Assembly: GCA_963750165.1 (NCBI GenBank)
Contig: CAVVPN010000011.1
Span: 960,001 to 1,024,000 of the forward strand
Direction of reading: 5' to 3'
Length of the DNA stretch: 64,000 nt
DNA from: an uncultured Gemmataceae bacterium
GTDB lineage: Bacteria; Planctomycetota; Planctomycetia; Gemmatales; Gemmataceae
Shown: positions 27,919 through 37,988 of the stretch, in pieces
Numbering within the stretch: the stretch's first letter is position 1
Layout of the letters: every line of letters begins with the position of its first letter
The notes under the pieces: model-generated
Told to the model about the DNA's origin: nothing
Database searches by the model: none
Seen by the model: the letters and a program-made list of their open reading frames with translations, nothing else
Program-made: the position numbers and the translations under genes

Positions 27919-30019
27919 GGCGAGTCCCCTTTACCCGGCAAAAAGGGACTCGGCGCGCCCCACGAGGTTACGACCAGCAGGTCGCGGGCTCGGGTTGCCG
28001 CGACAAAGAGCAAAGAGCGTTCGCGGTCCACATGCTCGGCCCATGCAGCGGCGTCACTCTCGGCAGCGGGCACGCGCAAGGGCAGGACCGAGGCGTTGGC
28101 CCCTGCGAGGATCATGACGGGGAATTCGAGCCCCTTGACGCGGTGCATTGTCGCCAGACGGACGCCTTGGCCTTCGCGGGTTTTTTCTAAGCAGCGCATC
28201 TGATCCCCAGATCGCTCAAGATCGGCTGGTAGTCTTCCTTCAGCATCTTGTTCGTGCGGGCGACGAGACAGACCTCCTCTGGATGCCGGTCGCCGATGAG
28301 TTCTTTGATCCGCTGGCCGAGGAATTGTCGCTCGTCATTTTTCGAGCCAAAGAGGCGCACTTCGGGGACAGGTCCAGACAACAGCGACTTGTACCCCTGT
28401 TCCTCGTCGCGCTCGCCGTCGAGGTCGTCGGTTTCGACGCCTTTGAGCATTGCCATCGCCCACGCCCTGATCTCTTCGGTGGTCCGGTAGTTGATCCTCA
28501 ACTTGCTGGACCGCCCCTGCACGTTGATGCCGCAGCCTCGAAGTGTCACTTTCTGGCCGTAGATGCGCTGGTGCGCATCTCCCACGATGAACAGGTCATT
28601 CGCGCCGGGAGCAGCGATGGCTCGGATCAGTTTCCACTCATCGGCGTGGAAATCCTGCGCCTCGTCCACGATGACGGCCCGGTAAGGGAGGCGGGGCTTC
28701 TTCTCTTCAAGAAAACGGTGTGTTTGCTGAATGACGCTTTTCCACTCGGTCTTGCCAAGGTTGCGTAGGCCCAGACGGAACTTCTCGAACACCTTCCAGA
28801 CACGGCTGCGATGAGGGCGGCTGAGCGTCTGGCCTCGCCCAATGCGAGGCACTTTCAGGTAGTCGGCTTCCGCCTCGATGTCGTTGGCCTGCACCACCCG
28901 TTCCCATTCTTGCCGCAGAAATCCGATGTCATAGCCGAGGTCTTCCGCTGCGAGCAGGGCGTCCTCCCAGCAGCGGTCGAGGTCGTCTGGGCTGGCAATG
29001 TCGAACGCGAGTCCTTGGTCCTTCATGAAACGAATGGCCCAAGCATGTAGATGCAGGATCTCGATCTTCTTCCTCTGGTCGCCGCACAGACTGTCGAGGT
29101 TGTGCCCGACGTTCTGAGCAAGGTTCGCCGTGTAGGTCGTGAAGAGTACCTTGTCGTCTGCCCCCGTACAGAGGGAATTTGCCAGATGCCGAGCCCTGTG
29201 CATCGCCACGACCGTCTTGCCCGTGCCTGCGCCGCCCGTCACGCGGGCTGGGCCGTTGAACGCCTTCGCCACCAGCCGCTCTTGGCTGGGATGGAGGAAC
29301 ACTCGCCACTTCTCCAGTGGGGCGTTGAGGATCGAAGTCAGGTCTTCGTCGGTCTGGATGGTCACGAATCGGCGGCGAGAGTCGGGATGCTGGAGCGCCG
29401 CCGCGAGGTCGGCGGCATCTACCTTCTCCTTCGCTGTCTGGACTGCTACTGCCTCGCGTACTTCGTCCGGTGGCAGTCCCTCGGCCAGCCACGTCAGGGC
29501 CTCGGCGGCTTCCGCAGGAAGGTGCTTCGTGAGCGACAAAAGCTCATCTGGCTTTGCGACGGCCCGCACCGAAGGCAGAAGGACGGCGGGCACTCCAAAA
29601 GAAAGGAGAAGTTCGTCGTCGAACTGCGCCAATATGCCCGCCCGTTTCTTCCCGTTCACGGTCGGCTGGATCGCTTCGGTTGCCTCACTGACGCTGACGA
29701 CTTGAAGTGATCCTGTCCGTGGATTGACCTCGAAGACCCGGTTTTCAGTCCACGCCATCGCCTCATCATGGTTATCTACCCACATGAGGACGTAGACATC
29801 GCCCTGCTCAGGATGGAGAACGACGGCCCGGTACTTCTGGTCGATCCGAACGGTGCGGACCTTCGGATCTTTGGAGGCGTGGATCTTCTCGTAGTGGATC
29901 GCGGCTGATTTGGGATCGGCCTTGAACTTCTCGGTGAAGTCGCGCACTTTCTTCTGCTGCGCACGAGGTATGCGGGCGAAGGCGTCGAGGAACTCAGAGG
30001 AAATGGCGACAGTGGGCAT
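27915..30019 (-). CDS. UvrD-like SF1 helicase with N-terminal RelE/ParE-like domain; frameshift near 28190
   Basis: FLHPSQ, GGAGTGKT, VDEAQD, GDAHQRIY and NYRTT; C-terminal ATMHRVKGLEF and LLFVAATRAR are in the next frame (27915-28199). Confidence 0.85.
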
Positions 30020-30025
30020 GGGCAG

Positions 30026-32263
30026 TTACACCCCCAGTAATTCTCGCAGTTTGCCTTCCTTGCCGGTAAGATCCGTGGCATCGAGTACCTTCCAGCCCTG
30101 TTTCTCGAAGGCTGGGTGGGCGTCCGCTCCCTCTGGTAGCACAGCCGCGACCTTCTGCGTCGGCCACGCCAGTTCTGCCTGAGCACAGACCCGCCCGTCC
30201 TCCTGAAGCTCGAAGCCGACGACTGGAAGAGGCAGTTTCTTCCCCGCCCATGAGCGAACGAACTCCTTACACCGCTCGTCGCAAAAGTCCACCAGTTCGT
30301 CGGTCGCGCTCAACGCGGTTTTCACGGGCAGGACAGAACTGGCCGATTCTTCGGTATGGGCGGTGATTTCTCCTTTCGGCATCGCTTCGGCGAAATCCTT
30401 GAAGAAAGCCAGATCCGCTGACTCGACAGTGGAGACCAGCACCGAACGGTCGAGATACTTGTTCCCGCGCTCGCACGAGGTCTCTGGCAGGAAGAGGCAA
30501 GCGTGGCAAGCCGCTCCGTGCAACGTCAGGCTGTCCCTGTAAGGGTGGTGCTCGGCACAGAGAGGGTCAGAAGTGCAGAGCCGCATCGCCTCCAACGCCT
30601 GATCCAGATGCCGACCGAGTGACTTCGGTTCCCCCAGACTGACGAGCCCACCGAGCGTGCCTTCGCTGTCGGGAGCGGCAGTGTAAAGGAGAACTCCCGC
30701 CATCGGATCGTGGTCTCCTCCCGGTGGCCGGGAATAAATGCGTTCACGGATGCTGGCTGTCGTGTAACCGCACTCCAGCGAGAACTGCCGAATCAGGGCG
30801 TGGGCCAGCGAGTGCAGCAGCACATAGCGCATCGTCGGGTAGTCCGCGTCTGGGTGCGGATGCCCACGGTTCATGCGCCAGCGCCGGTGGGATTCGCGGA
30901 ACTCCTTATCGCGGTCAGTGGTCTTCTTGATCCATGCTTCGATGGCCTTCTCCGAGAATTGCAGGAAGACGCCCTCGCCACGTACTTCTGAAGTCGGAAC
31001 CCACTTGGGGGCAGAGCGGCCCAAGGGGACGCGCTGTTCCTCGGGCAAGCTGCCGAGTTCGGTGTAATCACCGGGAGACTCGATACGGGTGAAGGCGATC
31101 AGCGACCGCACCTCCCGCAGACGCTCAGCCAGCACAACTTTCTCCACCACGTTCTTGTACTGCTTCGGGGCCTCGACGACGCGAAGCCGAAAGTCGCGGC
31201 TGTTCAGCTTCGGGTCGGGGTTAGAGAGTACCTCCCACTCGGGGTCGCGGAGGTCGCGGGCCTCCTCGTCCTCCTCACCCGTACTGGATTTTTTCTTGGA
31301 GACCGCCTGCCAGATTTCGTCCTCGGTGAAAGTCGCCAGCCCCTTCAAGAGCTTGCGCTTCAGTTTGACCTCGCGGGCGCTCTCGCACTCCTCAAGTTCG
31401 GCCCAGTTCATCTCGATCAACTGGCCGAGCTTGTCCGTGGTGGACGGGATCGACAGTGCCGACAGCATCACCGGGAACCAGCTATTCGACGCACCGAGCA
31501 AAATGGCACGTTGCTTCCCTTGGCACGCATTTTCGTCGAATTTGCGCAGGTGCGGCCAGCGGCCTTTGCACTGGTGCAACTCGATCTTGCCTTCTTCGCT
31601 GAAGGCATCGCTCATGCGACGAGTCGTCGGTTTCTCCTTCGTCCCACATTTCACACATTCCACCTGAATGTCGGCCACCTCGCCGGATGCGCCCAGTTCA
31701 TACAGACGCAATTCATAGCGGCAGTCGGTCTTGCCTCGATGCACGAACTGGACCCAAGGAAAATCGTCAAGGTGGCCCTGTTCGCAGGCGATGAGGAAGC
31801 GAGCGGGAACGGCGGTTGGCGGCTTGCCCGGCTTCTTGCAAATGCGGTGAACATAGCGGCTGCGGTCCTTGCGGTAGGGGTCGAGACGAAGCTCGAAAAG
31901 CCCCGACTGGATGGGGGCCAACAGGCGGCAGTACGGACACAGCAGCCAGCGGGGAAAGGGCGCAACCGGGACGCCGATGTTGGCCGAGTCGTCAAACGGG
32001 TTGGCCTGATACCCTGTCGAGTCGCTGGTCACGGGTGGCGTGAGCAGCTTGACCACTTGCCTTCCCAACTCCTGCTGCACCGCCTTGAGGAGCCGAGGTT
32101 CGGTGATCTCGCTGGACCCTTGTTCGATGGGCCAGTCGTCCAATCCCATTACCATCACCGACAGATTGGGCAATTCGACCATCGCCCCGACACCATAGGT
32201 GAAGAGGAGTTGGCTGGGGCGGATGTCGCCTACTTTCCGCTTGTCCGTGGCGAGGTTACTCAT
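30026..32263 (-). CDS. drmB: DISARM DUF1998 protein DrmB
   Basis: IRPSQLLFTYGVGA, LLHSLAHALIR, SEGTLGGL and CTSDPLC...AACHAC..LPETSCE.GN..LDR; overlaps the drmA stop. Confidence 0.93.
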   Translation of the reverse strand: MSNLATDKRKVGDIRPSQLLFTYGVGAMVELPNLSVMVMGLDDWPIEQGSSEITEPRLLKAVQQELGRQVVKLLTPPVTSDSTGYQANPFDDSANIGVPVAPFPRWLLCPYCRLLAPIQSGLFELRLDPYRKDRSRYVHRICKKPGKPPTAVPARFLIACEQGHLDDFPWVQFVHRGKTDCRYELRLYELGASGEVADIQVECVKCGTKEKPTTRRMSDAFSEEGKIELHQCKGRWPHLRKFDENACQGKQRAILLGASNSWFPVMLSALSIPSTTDKLGQLIEMNWAELEECESAREVKLKRKLLKGLATFTEDEIWQAVSKKKSSTGEEDEEARDLRDPEWEVLSNPDPKLNSRDFRLRVVEAPKQYKNVVEKVVLAERLREVRSLIAFTRIESPGDYTELGSLPEEQRVPLGRSAPKWVPTSEVRGEGVFLQFSEKAIEAWIKKTTDRDKEFRESHRRWRMNRGHPHPDADYPTMRYVLLHSLAHALIRQFSLECGYTTASIRERIYSRPPGGDHDPMAGVLLYTAAPDSEGTLGGLVSLGEPKSLGRHLDQALEAMRLCTSDPLCAEHHPYRDSLTLHGAACHACLFLPETSCERGNKYLDRSVLVSTVESADLAFFKDFAEAMPKGEITAHTEESASSVLPVKTALSATDELVDFCDERCKEFVRSWAGKKLPLPVVGFELQEDGRVCAQAELAWPTQKVAAVLPEGADAHPAFEKQGWKVLDATDLTGKEGKLRELLGV

Positions 32264-35200
32264 GACGCTTCTTCCTCCTCGCCACCCTCAGTGTCTTCGC
32301 TGACCGACGTTACAAAGGTAGGATCGCCGTCCAATCCGCCGTCGTGGAAGATCAGCCCGACTGTCGGCTCCACGTCTCGTAGCGAGTTGAGGCAAGTGAA
32401 ATCATCCCACGGATCGAGGGCGGGGCGATGTAGCAAGCCCACTGTCACACCGTCACGTTCCTCGTCGTAGCCCAACACTCGCCCGCCAGCGGTCTTTTGA
32501 GCTTCGGCGAGCCATTGGTCGAGCCGCTCGTTCAACTCGGTTTTCAGGTTCTTGATGAAGTCGTCGTCGCTGTTGCCGACCAGTTCGGCCCGCCGCAGGA
32601 TCGTCTTAACGGCCTCCTGCACATACGGATGGTTGCGGTCGATGCGGGCGGCTTTCTTATTCGAGTTGAACTCGGTCCCTTGCAGTCGCACGCACGAGAT
32701 CAAGAGCGCCGTCAACCCACGGCTCAAGGCTCCCAAGGCGAACGGAGTCACCGACAGTGCCTCGACGTGCTTGTAGAACGTAGCGTGGTAGTGCTCGAAA
32801 GTCTCATAGTGCGACAGGTCGCGGGGCCGCGTCCAGTTGTAGACCGTGAAGACCAGACCGGGGAACTTGCGTCCGACCCGGCTGGTGGCCTGAATGTATT
32901 CTGCTGTCGTCTTCGGCTGACCTGCCACTACCATGAGGCCGAGTCGCTGCACGTCCACGCCTACCGAGACCATGTTGGTCGCCAGCAGCACATCGAGCGG
33001 GCGTCTCGGCATCTCATGGATGCGCCCCTTTTTCTTCAACTCTTCGCGTTTAGCTTCGATCAGGGGGTTGAATTCCGCTTCAAGGTGGTCGAGCACTTGG
33101 GGAATGTCCGTCGAATCCTTGCGGGATGTCAGTTCGTCCACCATGTAGAGCGACCGCCTCGACAGACCACGCTGGTCCATTTTTCCCAACCGGGTCTTCA
33201 CGTCGTCATCCACCAGCCGTCGCATTCCGGCGAGTTCCCGCATTGAGTTGAAGTAGCCGATGAGGGTCATCCACGAGTCGGCATCCTTGCCGTAGCCCTT
33301 CTTTTCGTAGAGCGTCTGGGCGGCGGAAAGCAGGGCGAGATACACCCGGATCAGAGAAACCTTGAGTCGGCGACCGGGGGCGCAAATGCCGATGTAGCGG
33401 CGACCGGGAAGTTCCTCACTCGGCTTTCGTTGGAGGGCGAAGAAATTGTCTCGCACGTCCAAGGCGTAGGGTGGGAAGACGTTGACCTTGCGCAGAAAGG
33501 TCGCGTGGATCTGATCCCCGGCCTTGCGGATCGTCGCGGTCGAGGCAATGACCTTGGGCCGCACGGTCTTGCCGTTCACCTCCCACGAACACAGTTTGTC
33601 CACCGCCGTCTCGTATAAGCCGACGAGCGTACCCAGCGGCCCGGAGATCAAGTGCAACTCGTCCTGAATGATGAGGTCCGGTGGCCGCAGTAACGGGTGC
33701 TGTTTTGTCTTGGTGGCTGGCAGTTTGCCCTTCTTGACGTGCGACTCGCCACAGGTCAGTTCTGGAGAACAATAACCGTGGCGGTCACAATAGGCTTCAA
33801 CCTGTCCGAAAAGCATCTGGACCTTGCCGTTCCACGGCATCTGGGCGAACTTGTCCACGGTGGCGATGAGCAACGTCGGCAGGCGGCGGTAGATCTCTTC
33901 ATCGACCACAAGTACCGGAATGCCTTCCAGCGGCGACTGCTTGCCGCTGAAAGGGCAACGGCCCAGCACGTCGCCGCAGAACGAGACCGTGCGGCTACGG
34001 CCCTTCGCGTAGGTTTCCACCTTGATGTGCAGACCAACATTGATCTTGGCACCGCACCAAGGACAGTTAGTCAATTGAGCCGGGGAGCCGCTTCCTTTTC
34101 CCTTGAACTTGCCGCCATGCTCCTGCTGGATTGCTTCCGCCGCCCCATCAGTCGTGTTCGGCGTCGTCTTCTGACCAACCCAGAGGCCGATGCGGAACGG
34201 CTCCTTGCCCCATTTCTTCTCGTCGCCGCGCCGAATGACCTCGCAGGCGCAGACAAGGGCCGTCGCCCGCTGGAACTGTTGGATCGTCAGAAGCCGCAGC
34301 GTGTAGCGCATTAGCACGGCCACACCCTGTTCGCCCGAGCGACCCGCTACGCTCCCTTGGAGCCGTCGCAGGGCCATCGTATACGCCGACAGGCCAAGGT
34401 AGGCTTCGGTCTTGCCGCCGCCTGTAGGGAACCACAATAGGTCGGCTACCGCATTCTCTTCGCCGATTCGATCTACGTGGTCGAACTTGGTGATGCCGGG
34501 AAGGTTCAACAGAATGAACGCCAACTGAAATGGATACCACGAGCGGTTGCGAGGCTCGTCGATGGTCTTGAGGTCGGCCTCTTCGTCCCGCCGCCGCTTT
34601 TGCGAGTAGATGGTGTGGACGCGCTGCTGCCACATGGCCTGATTGGCAAACCGGAAGGCTTCCGCCGCCTTCTCGTCCTCTTGCAGTAGTTTGAGACCGG
34701 CTTCGATCCGCTTCAGGGCATTCTTGCAGAGTTCGAGCGCCGTTTGGCCCGGCTTCTGGTAGAGGGCCATGTCCGGTTTCGTGAGGTCAGCCTCCCGCTC
34801 CTTGATCCATGCCGCATACGCCGTTACCAGCGGACGCAGCTTCTTGTCCAACTCGGCGGTCGGCGTCTCGCCCAACTCCTTCATGTCCACTGCCAGCCCG
34901 GCCAGCTTGGGCAAGTCGGCTCCGGTCGGCGGGGTGGTGCGCGGGACTTCGTAGGTCGGCACCACCTTGGTCGAGATGCGGAAGGCCCGGTCGCAGACGC
35001 CTTCGGGACAGTCAACGTGTATGCTCACGCCATGTCCTACGCCGAACTCGACGTGCTGGCGGTAAAGCATTGCCATCTCCTGTTCCTCGGCAAAAGTGAC
35101 CGGATCGCTCTTACCGGGGTCGCGCTGCTGGGGGCGGCTGTGCAACACTGGCTTGCTATCAGGCGACTGGACGCTCAATTCCGGCTGGAAGATCCACGCC

Positions 35201-35790
35201 ATATCCCGCAACTTCTTCGGCTCCTGCTGGCCGTTGACCAAGAAGAGCGTGATGGTCCAGAAGTGGTCGCGCTTGCGGAGAAGCCCCTGTACCTCGACTT
35301 CGGGAAATTCATTGTCCGGCGTCCAGTTCAGCCTGCCTACCTTCAACGGGATCGGCTCCGATACTCCTCCTCGCGGGCTCCGTTTCCAGACCACCTTCTT
35401 CTCGCCCTTGGTTGTCGTGAGGGTGGCGCTGCGGTCGCGGTGATAGTGGCCCCAGCGTGCAGTAAGTTGAAGTTCCTTGGCGTCCAGATCGACGCAGAAC
35501 GTCATCCCGAAGGAAGACGGAAACATCGTCTTCGTCGAGGGGGCAGTGGCTTCGGTGGAGCCGTCCTCAGCGGCCCCACTGCCCCCTTGAGGCAATTCGT
35601 CGAATTCCTCGGGAGAAAGCTCCTGCCGCTTGGGGGCGAGCATCCCGACAAGATAGCGGTCGCGCACGCTGGGCTCGTCGATCTCTTCGTCCTGCCCGCC
35701 GACCGGCCCGAGGAGGTCGTTCAGGACCATCTGCTCCAGTTCGTCCCGAATCTTCATCGAGGACGGGATGCTTTGCAGGAGGTTGCTCAT
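32260..35790 (-). CDS. drmA: DISARM SF2 helicase DrmA
   Basis: LLWFPTGGGKTEAY, MRYTLRLLT.QQFQRA, IIQDELHLISGPLG, LATNMVSVGVD and YIQATSRVGR. Confidence 0.95.
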   Translation of the reverse strand: MSNLLQSIPSSMKIRDELEQMVLNDLLGPVGGQDEEIDEPSVRDRYLVGMLAPKRQELSPEEFDELPQGGSGAAEDGSTEATAPSTKTMFPSSFGMTFCVDLDAKELQLTARWGHYHRDRSATLTTTKGEKKVVWKRSPRGGVSEPIPLKVGRLNWTPDNEFPEVEVQGLLRKRDHFWTITLFLVNGQQEPKKLRDMAWIFQPELSVQSPDSKPVLHSRPQQRDPGKSDPVTFAEEQEMAMLYRQHVEFGVGHGVSIHVDCPEGVCDRAFRISTKVVPTYEVPRTTPPTGADLPKLAGLAVDMKELGETPTAELDKKLRPLVTAYAAWIKEREADLTKPDMALYQKPGQTALELCKNALKRIEAGLKLLQEDEKAAEAFRFANQAMWQQRVHTIYSQKRRRDEEADLKTIDEPRNRSWYPFQLAFILLNLPGITKFDHVDRIGEENAVADLLWFPTGGGKTEAYLGLSAYTMALRRLQGSVAGRSGEQGVAVLMRYTLRLLTIQQFQRATALVCACEVIRRGDEKKWGKEPFRIGLWVGQKTTPNTTDGAAEAIQQEHGGKFKGKGSGSPAQLTNCPWCGAKINVGLHIKVETYAKGRSRTVSFCGDVLGRCPFSGKQSPLEGIPVLVVDEEIYRRLPTLLIATVDKFAQMPWNGKVQMLFGQVEAYCDRHGYCSPELTCGESHVKKGKLPATKTKQHPLLRPPDLIIQDELHLISGPLGTLVGLYETAVDKLCSWEVNGKTVRPKVIASTATIRKAGDQIHATFLRKVNVFPPYALDVRDNFFALQRKPSEELPGRRYIGICAPGRRLKVSLIRVYLALLSAAQTLYEKKGYGKDADSWMTLIGYFNSMRELAGMRRLVDDDVKTRLGKMDQRGLSRRSLYMVDELTSRKDSTDIPQVLDHLEAEFNPLIEAKREELKKKGRIHEMPRRPLDVLLATNMVSVGVDVQRLGLMVVAGQPKTTAEYIQATSRVGRKFPGLVFTVYNWTRPRDLSHYETFEHYHATFYKHVEALSVTPFALGALSRGLTALLISCVRLQGTEFNSNKKAARIDRNHPYVQEAVKTILRRAELVGNSDDDFIKNLKTELNERLDQWLAEAQKTAGGRVLGYDEERDGVTVGLLHRPALDPWDDFTCLNSLRDVEPTVGLIFHDGGLDGDPTFVTSVSEDTEGGEEEEAS

Positions 35791-35915
35791 AAACCGTGTC
35801 CCAAGTTGTTCACTTCATGCAGGTAACGCCGATTCGCCGGGCCGATATTCCGCAGGCGAACCAGAGACAGCATAGCCGGTGTCTTGACAAAATGCAACAA
35901 GAATTCAAGTTTCGA

Positions 35916-35944
35916 TTGACTTTGTAAACCTCTGGGCTGATAAT
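35916..35944 (+). promoter_or_regulatory. Sigma70-like promoter for the QueC-like cassette
   Basis: TTGACT (35916-35921), 17-bp spacer, GATAAT (35939-35944), in the AT-rich divergent intergenic region. Confidence 0.6.
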
Positions 35945-35994
35945 GTTCCTAGACGGAGCAGGACGCTTAGCCGAACCTCGGAGCGAACACCAAC

Positions 35995-36573
35995 ATGGCT
36001 GAGAACGAATCGCTGGACCTCGGCTCTTCTTACGCGAAACGCTGGGACGCCGCTTTCACCGCCGCCCAAAACGGCGACCCCTGCGAAAAGGTCGCCCCCA
36101 AGGTCAGCAAGGCGCTGTATGACGGGGTGCGGAAAGCGCTCAAGCAATTTCAGGAGCACGGCATCACCCTCTCCGACTTGCTGGACGCCCGCGACTCGCG
36201 GCAACGGCTTCGCCAGTTGATCCGCCAGATCGGGGGCCACCAGTACGCCCAGCTTTTTGAGTCCGCCGCTCACGCGAGCGGCCCCACCGCCAAGGACTGT
36301 GTACAGGGGTGGGTCGAAGCGATCCTCGACAAAGTGTTCGACCAGATCTGCCTCCGAATCACCGAGACGGACGAATCGCGCACCTTTTTCGATCTCAAGG
36401 AGCTTGCCGACACCGTGCGCGATGCTGTCGCGGGTGACGTGGAGCACCTCGCCACCACACTTGCCAACAACCCCGACTGGCGACCGCAGCGAAAATCGGG
36501 GAAAGCCAAGTCCGCAGACGCCACCAGTCCCACGGAAGAACTGATGGGCATGTCGCTACTGGGAGGCAAGTAA
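35995..36573 (+). CDS. Hypothetical helical protein (possible remote QatB-like partner of QueC)
   Basis: 192 aa; stop is 2 nt before the QueC-like ATG; predicted all-helical by residue pattern. Confidence 0.7.
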   Translation: MAENESLDLGSSYAKRWDAAFTAAQNGDPCEKVAPKVSKALYDGVRKALKQFQEHGITLSDLLDARDSRQRLRQLIRQIGGHQYAQLFESAAHASGPTAKDCVQGWVEAILDKVFDQICLRITETDESRTFFDLKELADTVRDAVAGDVEHLATTLANNPDWRPQRKSGKAKSADATSPTEELMGMSLLGGK

Positions 36574-36575
36574 CC

Positions 36576-37988
36576 ATGATAACCCAGCGGTTCCCGTTCA
36601 CCACGTCTTTCTGGGTACGTCCCCAGAACAACGTCATCGAACTCCGCGCGGGCAAGCACTTCCGGTTTGACCTCGACGCCGTGAACACCTTCTGCCTCGG
36701 GGACTTGCCCGCCCGGCTCGTGGACTTCCTGCGGATCTCTTCGGCGTTCTACGTCGTGGACCGTCTCGTGAAGCGCCGACCCACGGGCGGCGTGAGGAAA
36801 CCCTCTCGCACCATCGGCCTGAAGGTCGGGGTGCTGGACGCCGGGTTCTGGGGCCAGCGCGAGGTCCGTGACGCGATCCTAGACACCGTGGAGTTCGTTA
36901 GCAGCGACTTCTGGGACATCGAGTTCCTTCAAGACACGTCGCCGTTCTGCCGGACTGACCGCTTCTTGCCCGACCCGTATGAGGGGATGTCGCCGCTCGT
37001 CTGCTTGTACAGCGGCGGTCTCGATTCCGCCGCAGGTCTGGTGGCCCGCATGGTCGAGTGTCCCGGCAGGCCGGTGCTGCCTGTCACGATTTGGCATCAG
37101 CCCCGGCAGCGTCACCTCGTCCGCGAGCAGTTGAAACTCCTTGGCGGTCGGTTCGACGTTCCGGTCGATCCGCTGATAGTCAAGGTGGCGATGATGTGGA
37201 AGTCGCTCCTCGACCGGGATCTGGAGGAGAACACCCAGCGCTGCCGCTGTTTCCAGTTCGCCTCGATAGGCGCGATTGCAGCCATCATGCACGGCCAGCG
37301 GATCGTGGAGGTCTTCGAGTCCGGCATCGGGGCCATCAACCTACCCCTGATGGCCGGGATGGTCGGCGCGATGACGACCAAGAGCGCCCATCCGAAGTTC
37401 CTGCGCTTGATGTCCCACCTCGCCAGCCTCGTCGCTGATGGCGAGGTCGAGTTCCGCCTGCCGTTCTTCGACCGGACGAAGGGTGAGGTGGTCCGCACGA
37501 TGGCCGAGGCGGGGTTGGAGGAACTGGCCCGCCAAACGGCATCCTGTGTGCATTACCCACTTCGGCATTCGCAGCAGAAGCAGTGCGGCGTCTGCCCGGC
37601 CTGCGTCTTCCGGCGACAGGCGATGACGGTTGCCGGAATCACGGAGCCTGACGACACGTACAAGTACGACTTCATGGGTTCGTCGGGCGGGACGGCTCGG
37701 ATTCCGTCTAAAGGACTCCTTTACCTTAAGGCATTCTTGATGCAGGTGGCGTCACTGAAGGACGCCTGCGCCGGGAAGTCCCTCCCTCGCTCCGTCGCCC
37801 GCCACCTCGTCAGCACCGAGGTTCTGGCTGACGGATGCCCGCGAGAGGCAGTGACCGCCCTGCTTGCCCGCTACCGGGACGAGTGGATGGACATCGCCTC
37901 GGACGGATACCGGAAAGGGTTGGCGTGGTCGCGGCTCCTCGCCGCGCCACGACTACAGAAACAAGGAGTGACCCATGCCTCAGTCTGA
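36576..37988 (+). CDS. QueC-family (QatC-like) PP-loop ATPase
   Basis: LYSGGLDS PP-loop, TKGEVV and zinc site SCVH...QCGVCPACVFRR; 470 aa with an N-terminal extension, longer than housekeeping QueC. Confidence 0.88.
   Translation: MITQRFPFTTSFWVRPQNNVIELRAGKHFRFDLDAVNTFCLGDLPARLVDFLRISSAFYVVDRLVKRRPTGGVRKPSRTIGLKVGVLDAGFWGQREVRDAILDTVEFVSSDFWDIEFLQDTSPFCRTDRFLPDPYEGMSPLVCLYSGGLDSAAGLVARMVECPGRPVLPVTIWHQPRQRHLVREQLKLLGGRFDVPVDPLIVKVAMMWKSLLDRDLEENTQRCRCFQFASIGAIAAIMHGQRIVEVFESGIGAINLPLMAGMVGAMTTKSAHPKFLRLMSHLASLVADGEVEFRLPFFDRTKGEVVRTMAEAGLEELARQTASCVHYPLRHSQQKQCGVCPACVFRRQAMTVAGITEPDDTYKYDFMGSSGGTARIPSKGLLYLKAFLMQVASLKDACAGKSLPRSVARHLVSTEVLADGCPREAVTALLARYRDEWMDIASDGYRKGLAWSRLLAAPRLQKQGVTHASV

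Noticed and set aside
28187..28200. Programmed ribosomal frameshifting at this and other split genes
   Set aside because: No convincing slippery site with a downstream structure at the shift points; sequencing error or mutation is simpler.
36576..37988. Housekeeping queC, or a complete QatABCD or Dpd system
   Set aside because: About twice the usual QueC length, and no queD/E/F, folE, dpdA, QatA ATPase or TatD is visible nearby.
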